A stretch of 64,000 nt of DNA from Glycera tridactyla. Its lineage: Eukaryota. The stretch is from positions 53,010,001-53,074,000 of the forward strand of contig OZ286472.1 in the NCBI GenBank assembly GCA_965644265.1, read 5' to 3'. This document shows, in pieces, positions 39,801 through 50,430 of this stretch (position 1 is the first letter of the stretch; every line of letters begins with the position of its first letter). The translations under genes were made by a program, and so were the position numbers. The notes below the pieces were generated by a model. It was not told the DNA's origin, ran no database searches, and was given only the letters and a program-made list of their open reading frames with translations.

Positions 39801-42800
39801 TTCTTGCAAAGCTGAATCGATATATTCTTTCTTTAAATTTCTGCCAAGGGTTGTTGCTGAATTTTTCAGACATCTGTATCTATGATGGTCAAGTTCAGAT
39901 CTACTTTTATTGTATTTTCTTTTCATGTCATCTCTGGCATCGCAAATTGATAAAAAGTCATGATTTATCCAGGGCGGGAGTCTGCCCCTGACTTTGATCA
40001 TTGTAAACGGGGCACATGTGTCACAAACCTGGAGAAATAATCCTTTAAAAGATTCCCAAGCCTCATTTGCATCAAATTTAGAAATAACTCCAGACCAGTC
40101 AATGAGTGCAATCCTTTGGTTGAAAACATCAAGCTAAAATCTTCTAAATGACCTAACCCGTATGAATCTTGCTTTTGCCTTACATCTTATCAATTTCCTT
40201 TGAAAAAATATGAGGTCATGATCAGTGCACCCCACAGGAATGGCACCCGCCAAGGCTATAATCTCCTCCCTATTTGTTAAGAAAACATCAATACATGTAC
40301 TACTCTGAGGGGTAACACGAGTGGGGACATCGATCATCTGACATAGATTATGCAAATAAGACATATTTCGCAACAATCTGTATGCTCTAGTAGTTCTGTC
40401 CAATTGATTTATGTTTACATCTCCAAGAATATTTATTTCACAATTGTGTTTGTTTGAGCAAAAGGCAATAGCTGTTTCCAATATTGACAGTCCTGTTTGC
40501 ACATCACCATGAGGAGGTCTATAAATGTTGATCAGGAAGACTGGTCTTGTATTTGTAAAATTCACCTGGAGACCCAAAAATTCAATGTCTTTTGAGCTGT
40601 GGTTCAACTCTGGGACACAAGTGACATTCAGATCCGCTTTCACATAAACACAAATCCCCCCACCACTCTGTCTATGGCTGTGATCCTGTCTATCAAGTCT
40701 GTATAAATTGTAGCCCTGGATTTCCATGTGAACATTTTCAATTTCTGTAGTTAAAAAGGTTTCAGATACAGTCGAACCTGTCTATAAAGACCGCCTTCGG
40801 TCGCATCAAAAAGCGGTCTTTATGGGCAGGTGGTCTTTATAGAGAGGTCATTTACTGGTTAAAATACTACCACGGTCGCAGTTCAGGTGGTCTTTATAGA
40901 GAGGTGGTCTTTATAGAGAGGTGGTCTTTAGAGCAGGTTCGACTGTACTCCCAAAATGTCAATTGAGCTGTTTTGTAATATTCTGATCACTTCCTCTACC
41001 TTATTTCTTAGGCTACATATATTCAAATGACCAAATGTATGTCCCTTCAGGTTTTGCAAGTTGCTCAAAGTTTGTTCAGACATTAAATTTTGAAGCAATG
41101 ATTAGCCCTGAAAATCTATTCTGATTCATATAAATGCACTGAACAAAAAGGCATAGCATGTATTCATGGTCTCCAGGAATCATAAAACAGCTTTCATCAT
41201 TATATAACAGGAAATGCATTTGTATACCCCAAGAGAGTTTCACAGCCTCAGATTTTGGTAATAGGTTCTCAAGTGATTTCATATCTGCAGCTATACCTGT
41301 ATACCCAAGTTTGTGGTAGAAATCAGCCCCAGCATTTTCAAAATATATAGCACTATGGATGTTATAGAATCGTTCAGTAAAATGGATATGATCAATGGTA
41401 TGAACTATGAATCCATCATTCTCCTGTGTTACAAGGAAAAGATGATAGATATGTCTTGTACTAGCCCTCTTGACAATGAGCACTAGAATCAGCTGTGTAT
41501 CCTGTTGTAAACATGTTTGCTCTATGTTGCAATAAGTGATAATATTGGATCATATTACATTGTCAACATTCAAACATCTTTTTATGTCATGCATGGAAGA
41601 AAATGATCACATAAACATTCTTACTTTGGTGTGTAATAAAACAACATTTTTCATCACATTCATGGTTTGTCATTCTTTCTTGTTTCACCTATCCGTTTCA
41701 ATATTGGTAATAAGCACTGAGAGAGATATCGTACATGCATCACTGAGAACCTCTCAGCTGGTCTCTAGCTTAGAAAAACATGCATTTTGACAGCTGTCTC
41801 ATCAAGACCACAGTCAACACACATTATGTTATTCCTACAAGGGGAGGTGCTATGGTCAAAGGTGGGATATCGAAGCAAAGTCATGGTTGGATGGGGTAAT
41901 CAGACAGAGTTATCTCACAGCTGTACATCCCCAAACGGGCTACAATCAAAACAAGAGATCGGCGGGGGAACCACAGAACAGATGCTGAAGCCGATTCAAG
42001 ATGAGATTATGGCAAGTGGTAGGTTGCATTACGATACCCGATACCCGGAGTTAGGCACATTACCCCTCAATCCTGCTGCCTGGGTCAATATCCAGGCTTG
42101 TATCACACTGTTTGTATCGATAAACACGATAGTTTATTTGTCGAAGTCCTCGGATCTTTACCATAACCTCCATGTTTGATTCCAACATCCGGGCCTCATT
42201 AGACTAGACCAGGATGGTACGCGTCACCTGATTGGCTGACCAAGTCACGTGAGTGAGTTCGCCAATAAAAAGTACAGACGGCCTCTTCGGTCATTTCCAA
42301 TTGTTGTCAGTTTGACAAAAGTAGTTCCGACAAGAGAGAATAAAGTTCCATTCATCTATGTTATTTTAGCCCACAGTTCTATCAAGAGAATCATCAAAAA
42401 GCCATCCTTGTCCAAAATGAGAGTTTGATTATCCTTCATGCCTACTTATGAATAGTTTCAGCAAGGAATGCATGCCATCCTGATCTTGCCCCACCCCCCA
42501 CCCTCCAATATGAGAAATTGCCCGTGGCTGTTATGTCTTGGACACACCCTCCAGATTAAAGTTGCATCTGATAAACTACCTAGTGGCAGCAAATAACACA
42601 ACCAAAGAGATAGTTGTCCTTTGAGCAAGAAATATTTCTGACCAGGCATTTTATGATTGCCAAATTTAATTTAGAATCAGTTCTGGTTGAAATAATAACA
42701 GGAAAATTTTTACAGAGGATGAGATGAGGTTAATGTTTTTCCTTGAAAAAAGAAAGAACACCTCAACAATACCATACTGGTCTATCAGGTAAATCTTGCT

Positions 42801-45800
42801 TAGGGCAATAGAATTAATTGTCACTTCATGCAAGAGCCATTATGATATATGTCATTCAAGGAGTCAAGTGTGATCTATTTCTCTGGTTGGGTAACATTAC
42901 TTACAATACATTAAATTGGAAATAGTCTTCAATTGATGAGACAAGGATATTGCAGTTCCCTGAAATGAAGAACACAATACTATTCTGGACTACTCAGTAA
43001 ATCTTGTGTTGAGTATTTGGAACTCTACACTAAAAATTTGGTGAGTTCATATAATCTAGTAATTCTTTTTCATTTCTAATTGGGGTTCCCTTTGCTGTCC
43101 TGGACTTTGAGACAAACAGTTGCCCTCGGAAGGTCCAAGCTCTTGACAATTTCTTTTGTGGCCCTCTGTTTTGCCTGGCAGTAAAAAACAAACTTGCCAT
43201 CTGACGTGTAAGGAACTCACTGATAAAGATGTTCTTTTTAGCCCTGGCTAATTGAAGTCTATTCTGGTAGCATGCCATACTTTTGGCAGATGAGACAAAT
43301 TCTACTAGTATGGTTCGAGGTCTGCTGCCCACTCTACCAATACGCCTTGCAATCTCTATATCTCCAAGTAAAATGCTTGGGTTAATCAAACCTCTCATTG
43401 AATTTACTAGATGTTCAGGGGTTGATTCATTGTCCACTTCATCTATCCCATCAAACATTAGCATTTTCAGATTGCCAGATGTTTCCAGTGTTTGAACCTT
43501 TTCAGTCAGATCTTTCAAAGATTGGTCATAATTGGAAATGGAATTTCCTGTAGATTGAGCAGTTTGAAACTCGTTCAACATTTTGCTCATATCAGCCAGC
43601 TTTTTGTCAATACTGTCTGGTTCAAGAATGTGCAGATTAGCTAAATCATTCTGTGCTTTAAGTGAGTCAGTTTCTAATTTTGCAATTCTAGCCAACATTT
43701 GGTCAATATTCAGATCTTGAATCTTTTTGTCACACTTATGGGCAATGCGAAATACAGACTCTTCAATAACTGGTATCTTAGCAGTAAGTTCAGTGCATTT
43801 TGCCATATCAGTTTTCAAAACAGCACTTGTTTCTTCTAAAGAAGCAATAGCTTTGTCAGTAGACACCAGCTTGGTATTTATCTTGTCTAGAGAATCATTC
43901 AAGGCACCCACAATCAACTTTCTGTGTTCATCACTGCTGAAAACGTTCACAAAACATTCATTGAATAATTGCTTGAATTGTATTGGGTCAATTTTCACAC
44001 TACCAACACCTGAAACTGGATCTTCTTTGTCTTCCATCTTGTCAGAGTGTGTGGATTTAGTTTTAGTAGAAGGAGTTCTTCTTGAGCAGAAATATTTTCC
44101 ACTTGGTCGTACCAGCTTGCACCAGGAAAATTTGGCCAGTCCTCTGGATAATCACTTGCTTCTTCCACCTCTTGATAAAAACGATCTTGCAGATGGTGAA
44201 GTTTATGTTCAATTTCAATAAATGACTCTCTTCTTGCAGAATTGTCCGCTGCGCTCGCAAATAGTTCTGAGACTTCTTGTAGAATGCTCACACCTTCTGG
44301 ATAAATAGCTGATCTGTCCTCTGGTATGAAACTGCGGATGGTAGCATCAAAGTCTAGCTGTTTTGGGGTGCTCTGAGTGACAATGAATGGGCCATGAACT
44401 CCAGATGTACTCTGCAGTGGGGTTGTCAATTTATCAGTGGAGCGGGTACGCTTCGTGCTGACCCCTCCCTCAGGTGATTCATCGGGCTTCCTTTTAACAT
44501 GTGTTTGTCTACCCTCTCTGAACGATGGAGCTGGGGTATTCAGGCTACTTGTAAGTTCAAGGCTGCCGGAGATATTGTTGTTATCGCTCACCAGTGTATT
44601 GTCTTGTGGTTCACTCGCTTCCATAGTTACCAGTCAGCCGCCATGTTGTTTATCTCCGTCACGACACTGTTACGTCTTCAAAGTACGGAATGCATCAAGA
44701 ATGAATACTTCTGATGGCTAGAACAAACATCATCGTGATCCATGCCACTTCACCCTCTTCATGTCAGGAATGGCAACTGACAACTTCTAGGCATTTCTTC
44801 ATTGATCCCGATATCTAGCGGTTGCTTACGATCCCTCTCCCATGCTCCCGGCATAGGAATACAGTCTGATGGTGATCCTGAAGATTGCATATGTAACTGA
44901 CTGTAAGCTGATGTTCAAGCTTGAAAGCACTTGGCTCTATTTTGAGCAAAGCACAGTACTTTGAACTGTAGACTACAAACCAGCTCTACAAATATGACTG
45001 CCCTCTGCTTACACAGGGTTCATACGCGTCCTGGAATCCTGGAATAGTTATGGAAAATTGCCAAAGAGAATTCCAGGACTGGAAAAGTTATGGAAAAATG
45101 AATTTCGCCAAAAATGTCCTGGAATTTTGAGAATTTGCTGAAATTTTGTATCTTTTATGATAAAAAGAATGACAGAAACATGGCATCGTCAATGTGTGGT
45201 GATCAAGAATTTGAAATTCAATACTGAATAAAAATCCAATCAGACCATCTGAAAGATCTCACCCCACTAGTCATTTTGGTGTGTACGTTGTGAAAATTGG
45301 ACCAAGATATGACACAAAATGAGTCAATGACAGCTCATTTTAGATTTTCATATTCATTTGCATGTCCTGGAATAATTGCTTGGTGACCTGGAAATGTCTT
45401 GGAAAAGTTATGGAATAAAATTCTGCCAAGCGTGTATGAACCCTGTTACAGTACAATGAAATCACCCTATCTCGTGAACCTGATTGCAGCCCTAGTAACC
45501 TAGAACTGGTGTGTCTTGTTGCTGCACATTGCATAGTGACAATATTTGCTACAGGCAAACTGTCAGCCGCCTAAACCCGAGACTATATGGAGTAATCAAC
45601 GATAAATACTGAAAAATCAAGAATAGGCTTAGAGGGATAGACAGATGTGTTATCATCCACCCCTTCCACACACTGTAAGCTATGAGGAAATGAGGAGGGA
45701 TGATTCTACATCTAGGACCCATCATCCCTGATGGCAACACTTCAAATTAAATATATCTCATGCCCAATGGTGCCCTCCATCGATTTAGAAGTCTGTCAAG

Positions 45801-48116
45801 AAAAAATCATTCCACCCCTTTGGACCGATTAAGAATGGCCTGAAAAACTAGCCATCAAGTTTCTTTGATATACCTTCAATGACAACTAGAGCTTTGTCAC
45901 AGAGGTGACTAAAAATACCCCCGCCACCACTTTGACACAGACTGTACGCAATATGGCCAAGGGACAGCAAGCCTGTCACACCAAAAGTGTCTTTTATAGA
46001 CAGATGGATTTCATAGAGGTAATTCACTGTTGAGATTATTATCACAGTCGCAGCTCAGGTGGCCTTTAAAGGCAGGTGGTCTTCATAGAGAGGTGGTCTC
46101 TTGAGCGGGTTTGACTGTGTGTGTGGGGGGGGGGGGGGGGGTGAGGGAGCAAAGAAATGAATTGGGTTTCATATAGAACAGCAACAGAACCATGTCTATT
46201 ACGGAGAATGTTACATAACCATGAAAGGACAGCCAAGGGCAGTGTGAGAGGCCTTGCACCATACAGACAATGAATCAGCCTCGTTGATTTCCGGCTGCCT
46301 CAAATTCCAAACTTAGAGATACAACCAAACACACAAATACAAAAAATCTTCTTTTTTCTCAAATAACTCAGGAATGAGTGGATCCATCTGCACGAAAAAT
46401 TGTGTCTTGCACATCTGCACTTCATGGTGATGACATATGCCAAGTCTCAATCAGATAGCTTGAGAAATGTGGGAGTAGTTCGCAGGACAAACTTTTGCGG
46501 ACAGACCAACCAACCAACCGACCAACAGGGTGACTCCAGTATACCCCCTTCCAAACTTCGTTTGGGCAGGGGTATAATTATCAAACTCACTTGTGGAGAC
46601 TTGGGTAAGATAGTTGATCTGACTTGTGAGCCCAGTTTCCACACTCTCTATTGTCTTGAGAAATGCCTGGGTGTGTATCTCCACTTGTTTCATGCTCATC
46701 TTTTCTTTGCCCAGTTCTTGTAGTGACTGACCTGTGAAGAATAATAATACATGTGAACAATTTTTCATATCCAACTGAGTGACCTTTTTCTTTTTTCAAG
46801 CGTGCATTTTTTGCTTGAAGTGGATTGCGCTGAGGCTTGGTTCAAAAAAGAGAAAATAAATCTGCTGCGCTCGCCACATGGCGAAGCCATCGTCATATTA
46901 CACCAGAGCTGTCACAGGAGTGATCTGAGTGGAATTAACACCAGTTTGATGGAGTGACCAAGAACATCAGTCGGCACCACAGAGTGACACAGTTCCTGCC
47001 ATCTCTACACAGTGCTGTGAAACACATGAGAATAACCACATCAGGCTATTAGATAAGATTACAACAAAAGTATATATATGGTTTGATACTGGTCCTCCAA
47101 TGCACTGATAAAGTGGGATGGTGTCCCTTTGCAAATAGGGGGTTGACGGTGTGTCTAACCGAAAGTCTGACTAGTTTCGCTCGGTCGGAGCTTCATCAGA
47201 GACTGAGCATTCTGGCTGGTGCACTCTCTTATATAGCCTGTCTGTGTCTGGTTGCCACTGGGCTCTGATTGGCCGTTACTATGCATGTGGTTGGTTCTGA
47301 TTGGCTGACGGTGTGTTCGGTGGTGTCCGGTTCTGTGTTTGGTGTGGTGTTCGGTGTGTCCGGTTTTTGTCTGGGGTGTCCGGTTGAGTGTCCGGTTTGG
47401 CGATGGTGTGTCCGGAATTGTCCGGGAGGGTGTCCGGGCATATATTTATTTACTCTAGTGTCCGGTTTTGGGCCACTGAGTGTCCGGTGTTGATCTGTTG
47501 TGTCCGGTATAAGGAACACGACGCCGACATTCGCCACAACAGAAACAAGCCCGTGGCAATCCACTTCAATACCAAACATCGAAGAAGAAAGGAATTTGAG
47601 TGCTACATCCTCGCGGCCATCCCCAGCTATGAAGAACAAGACACCACCAAGAAACGACGAAGACGAGGGAGAAATTGGATATACCAACTCAGATGCTTTG
47701 TACCCTATGGGCTAAATAAAATGGGAAAATAAGACATGTTCATTTATTTCATGTTCTAAGATCACAACAATATAAAACACCACCTTCACACATACAATGA
47801 TAAAGATCACTTTTTCTCAAACTTTTTTCTGACTATAAAACGTGCATTAAGTATAGCAAGTGACATGTAAGCACAGGAAGGTAAGTATGGTAAACAACTG
47901 ATTAGCACCATTTTAAGGAATTCAGTCTGAGCGATATTTGGGCAACCCATAATAGTGAGAAATTGCGAGGCCTATAGGATACATCCCCAGCATGAATGCT
48001 TTGAGTTACTCATTCCATTCACACATGTGAAGAAACAGACCTGCACTCTGGAGGGCTGCTCCAATTTCTCGTTCAAGATTCTCCAGAATCTGTAACTTCT
48101 CATGAGGCGTCGCCAT
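36581..48116 (-). CDS. MED11: Mediator subunit 11, complete (exons 48116-48041, 46731-46591, 36876-36581; 170 aa)
   Basis: Spliced product MATPHEKLQILENLEREIGAALQSAGQSLQELGKEK...IESVETGLTSQINYLTQVSTSQPHEGSSYAVQKDRQMAFHRVEHMRSRLQELER... matches human MED11 as recalled (EREIGAILQNAG, IRYLTQVATGQPHEGSSY). GT/AG sites; both introns phase 1; 513 nt including stop. Confidence 0.95.
38030..41083 (-). pseudogene. LINE ORF2 (APE endonuclease plus reverse transcriptase), disrupted
   Basis: GHLNICSLRNK, DILGV|SETFL, GGGICVYVK, IYRPP, GDVN, CIDVF, TDH, NYRPIS, DLKKAFDTV, GVPQGSILGP, YADD, KYLGI, PHFDYG. Lesions: MITE insertion at 40769-40945, TAG at 40134-36, TGA at 39762-64, frameshift in an A7 run near 38515. 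Confidence 0.93.
40769..40945. mobile_element. Pogo/Tigger-like MITE family A, inserted in the LINE endonuclease
   Basis: CAGTCGAACCTG...CAGGTTCGACTG; TA TSD at 40767-68 and 40946-47; removing it restores GV-SETFL. Confidence 0.92.
43030..44037 (-). CDS. LINE ORF1 (335 aa): coiled coil plus L1-like RRM/CTD
   Basis: Heptad-rich N-half; then LMFDGIDE...IEIARRIGR...RPRTILVEF...IFISEFLT...AWTFRGQLFV, typical of L1-type ORF1 RRM-CTD found in CR1/L2-group elements. Confidence 0.85.
   Translation of the reverse strand: MEDKEDPVSGVGSVKIDPIQFKQLFNECFVNVFSSDEHRKLIVGALNDSLDKINTKLVSTDKAIASLEETSAVLKTDMAKCTELTAKIPVIEESVFRIAHKCDKKIQDLNIDQMLARIAKLETDSLKAQNDLANLHILEPDSIDKKLADMSKMLNEFQTAQSTGNSISNYDQSLKDLTEKVQTLETSGNLKMLMFDGIDEVDNESTPEHLVNSMRGLINPSILLGDIEIARRIGRVGSRPRTILVEFVSSAKSMACYQNRLQLARAKKNIFISEFLTRQMASLFFTARQNRGPQKKLSRAWTFRGQLFVSKSRTAKGTPIRNEKELLDYMNSPNF
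43995..44624 (-). CDS. LINE upstream ORF (209 aa), unknown function, overlapping ORF1 by 43 nt
   Basis: Good Kozak (actATGG); low-complexity N-half with a KRK basic cluster; no recognised domain. Confidence 0.45.
   Translation of the reverse strand: MEASEPQDNTLVSDNNNISGSLELTSSLNTPAPSFREGRQTHVKRKPDESPEGGVSTKRTRSTDKLTTPLQSTSGVHGPFIVTQSTPKQLDFDATIRSFIPEDRSAIYPEGVSILQEVSELFASAADNSARRESFIEIEHKLHHLQDRFYQEVEEASDYPEDWPNFPGASWYDQVENISAQEELLLLKLNPHTLTRWKTKKIQFQVLVV
45014..45445. mobile_element. 432-bp MITE with 5-bp TSD TTACA
   Basis: TIR CAGGGTTCATAC; internal CTGGAA(A/T)AGTTATGGAA repeats; TTACA at 45009-13 and 45446-50. Confidence 0.85.
46400..46577 (+). mobile_element. 3' end of a different HINE-like element, ending 12 nt from the MED11 exon 2 donor
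   Basis: (ACCA)n followed by AGTATACCCCC-CCAAACttcGTTTGG-GGGGTATAA hairpin end. Confidence 0.6.
46591..46731 (-). CDS. MED11: MED11 exon 2
   Basis: tcttcacag| and A|gtgagt; 141 nt. Confidence 0.95.
47312..47507. repeat. Cluster of ~9 TGTCCGG/TGTTCGG motifs, probably subterminal repeats of a DNA-transposon remnant
   Basis: Repeated tgtccgg at short irregular spacing; termini not identified. Confidence 0.55.
47508..47732 (+). mobile_element. 5'-truncated Penelope-like element fragment (C-terminal part of GIY-YIG endonuclease) in MED11 intron 1
   Basis: YKEHDADIRHNRNKPVAIHFN...ECYILAAI...RNWIYQLRCFVPYGLN matches the PLE C-terminal pattern EH..I...PVA.HFN...WI..L....P.GLN. Confidence 0.8.
48041..48116 (-). 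CDS. MED11: MED11 exon 1
   Basis: caacaaaATGG Kozak; GCAG|gtctgt donor. Confidence 0.93.
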
Positions 48117-48346
48117 TTTGTTGTGATTCTGATGAAAAATGCCCGTTGTAACAATTTTCCACAGAACACAATAATTTTAGAATTTCTCAATTTTCATTGA
48201 TATCTGAACCATCTTAATTTTTTCCTAGCAGGAAATTATATATAATAATTTTCTAAAGCCAATTGTATAAATTATGATCAGATTTGTTGACAGTGACGAA
48301 TTGACATAGGGGACATTATTCATAGATCCTTCTTCTAAAGAGTGGG

Positions 48347-48356
48347 TGCGCATGCG
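48347..48356. promoter_or_regulatory. NRF-1-type site TGCGCATGCG in the MED11 upstream region
   Basis: Palindromic GCGCATGC core ~230 bp upstream of the MED11 ATG; the motif is typical of housekeeping and bidirectional promoters. Confidence 0.5.
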
Positions 48357-48979
48357 TGGTGACCTGGTGATCTATCTGACCTCGTTGGTACGCACAAGAC
48401 AGACTACTCCGGTTGTGTGAACGACAACTTCAACCTCAAAATGCAGCGCTCCGCTAAGATTGTGGCCCCTCTCAGTCGGTGGTTTTACCAAGGAAGTGAG
48501 CTGGTTGTTAACAGGTAGTTTATTCGATCCATTCATGCATTGGCTAGAGTGATTTATTTGTGTTACGTAAGTTCTATTTGACCATCGTAGCAGACGATTG
48601 TGAATTGGGTGTGTGGATTCTATGATGAGTCGTGTCTAACATCACGTTTTGCTATGTTTACATAGACCATACTGTCATCCAACATAATGACTCAGCCATC
48701 TATCTCAGTACTATGCTTGCATTGCATCCGATGCACTGAGAAATAACCTGAATCAACATTTATTGAGGAATGGGTGCAGGGGTCCTGAAATTTATGTAAT
48801 CACCAGTGGCCCTTTTCACTGTTCATTGGTTGTTCCACTCATTGATTGATGCATGCCATTGTCAACACATATCTCAGATATCAGCTGGATATGAAGCAGC
48901 ACCTTATCTGGATTTGGAGGAATATGAAACAGTGATAGCATGTATGCCCTCAGTGAGGTCGCTTCACCGACTTAGATAT

Positions 48980-49182
48980 TGTGGTGCGCGCGCCGCCGCG
49001 AATCGGCGGCGGAACTAACGCCGGCGCCTGCGCAGCCGGAATCGATAGAGTTTGGCTCACGGCGTTCGCACTACAGCACGTCGTTAGTCTTGAGCCTGAG
49101 CTCAACTCCACCATCACACAACAATCTGTGTATCTACTGATCCAAGTAAGTAGTAATCAGCATTATACAACCCAGCACAACA
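48980..49182 (+). repeat. 5' LTR (203 bp)
   Basis: No difference from the 3' LTR found by eye. CpG-rich first half with an 8-bp GC hairpin CGCCGCCG-cgaat-CGGCGGCG (48991-49011). GTAAGT at 49146-49151. No AATAAA or ATTAAA seen. Confidence 0.97.
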
Positions 49183-49183
49183 T

Positions 49184-49197
49184 TGGTGTCAGATGTG
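49184..49197 (+). promoter_or_regulatory. Primer-binding site, probably tRNA-Leu
   Basis: TGGTGTCAGATGTG, 1 nt after the LTR. One mismatch to TGGTGTCAGAAGTG, the complement of the metazoan tRNA-Leu(CAA) 3' end (recalled sequence). Confidence 0.75.
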
Positions 49198-50430
49198 CTA
49201 AATGGTGGCCCTATTTCGTGTGACATGGTGTATTTATCAGGCTTGTAGCAAGAGTGTTTGTGTTCCATGTTGAATGATTGCCCATGTGGGTGCCTTTGTT
49301 CTCTGGAGCACATGTTCTTGCACTACCTGCCCAACTGTGTTCAGTGTGGTTTTACATTAGGACTTTTGCATGATCATTCGAATTCGATATCTGTGATTAC
49401 GCTATGAACATACAAATGATATTCTGAATTTATTTGAGGAATTTGGTGTGTTCTGCCCATTGTTTGTGTCACATGTGGACTTCACACATGTGGTCCATTG
49501 TGATTGATTTCAGTGCACATGGTCTGTTATTTGATAATTGATTGATTTCTAGTATTTGTATTGTCAGTTCATCTGAATATCCATTGCTTCTCGAGAAACA
49601 ACTAAAGGATAAATTAAGTTTGTTGGGAGATTTACTGAGGTTTGCCCATTGTTTGTGTTAAATGTGGACTTAGGTTAATTGTAAATCAGTTAAATGCCCA
49701 ATTGTGAATCAGTTCAATGACCATACGTTTGCTCTCTGGTATTTGTTAATTCTGCTAAAAGTATCCGCATTGTCATTTGGAATTGAAAAGAAATGATTCT
49801 AGGGAAATCAGCTACATCCTAGATGTGTGTTATTGTGGATTTCATGTGTTTTGCATGGTGTCAGTGCCACATGTTGACTTGTCTTTGTTCAATGTAATGT
49901 TCAAATGCACATGGTTATGCGTAGTGATGATCAATAGCTATAATACTCATATCATTGCTTTGATTTAACATTTAATGGATTTGCTGGAGGGAATCTTTTG
50001 ATATTAATTTACATGACTTTGGGTGCCTTTGTTAAAATTACACATAACTTATGTGATTTAGTTGTTTCAATTCAACTGAAGCAGGATTTCATTTCCATTT
50101 ATCTTACCATGGGATCAGGAGTATAAGCGAATGACATACATAAATATTAGGTTCAATCAGTCTTAAATATATAAGTGATATTTGTGAATGTATTGCATGC
50201 ACATGTTATGTACTTGTTCTCTGTGAACCTCCTGTCACTGTTGGCCCTTGAATAGCCCAGTGGGTTTTTTCGGCTGCGCTCAATTAACCCTGTGTTTGGG
50301 GGTTGACAGTGTTGGTTGGTTTTGCTTTGCCCTGCATGGTGTGTGCATGATTCACATTAACATTATTGTAAGGACCATATTCTATTCGTAAGTCTATTTT
50401 CTCTCTGTCCTGTCTTGTTTGTGAACCAAA

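Larger units (their letters stand above)
37264..44690 (-). mobile_element. Full-length but decayed CR1/L2-group LINE in MED11 intron 2 (same strand as MED11)
   Basis: ORF0, ORF1 and APE-RT ORF2 in order on the minus strand. The 3' end is AATAAA (37309-37314) followed by a (TTGTCA)7 tail (37264-37305). The 5' boundary is approximate and no TSD was found. Confidence 0.88.

Noticed and set aside
46860-46900. ATGACGATGGCTTCG as MED11 start
   Set aside because: The translation does not resemble MED11; the true exon 1 is at 48116-48041.
47730-47900. Hammerhead ribozyme after the Penelope fragment
   Set aside because: No CTGANGA...GAAA core with matching stems was found.
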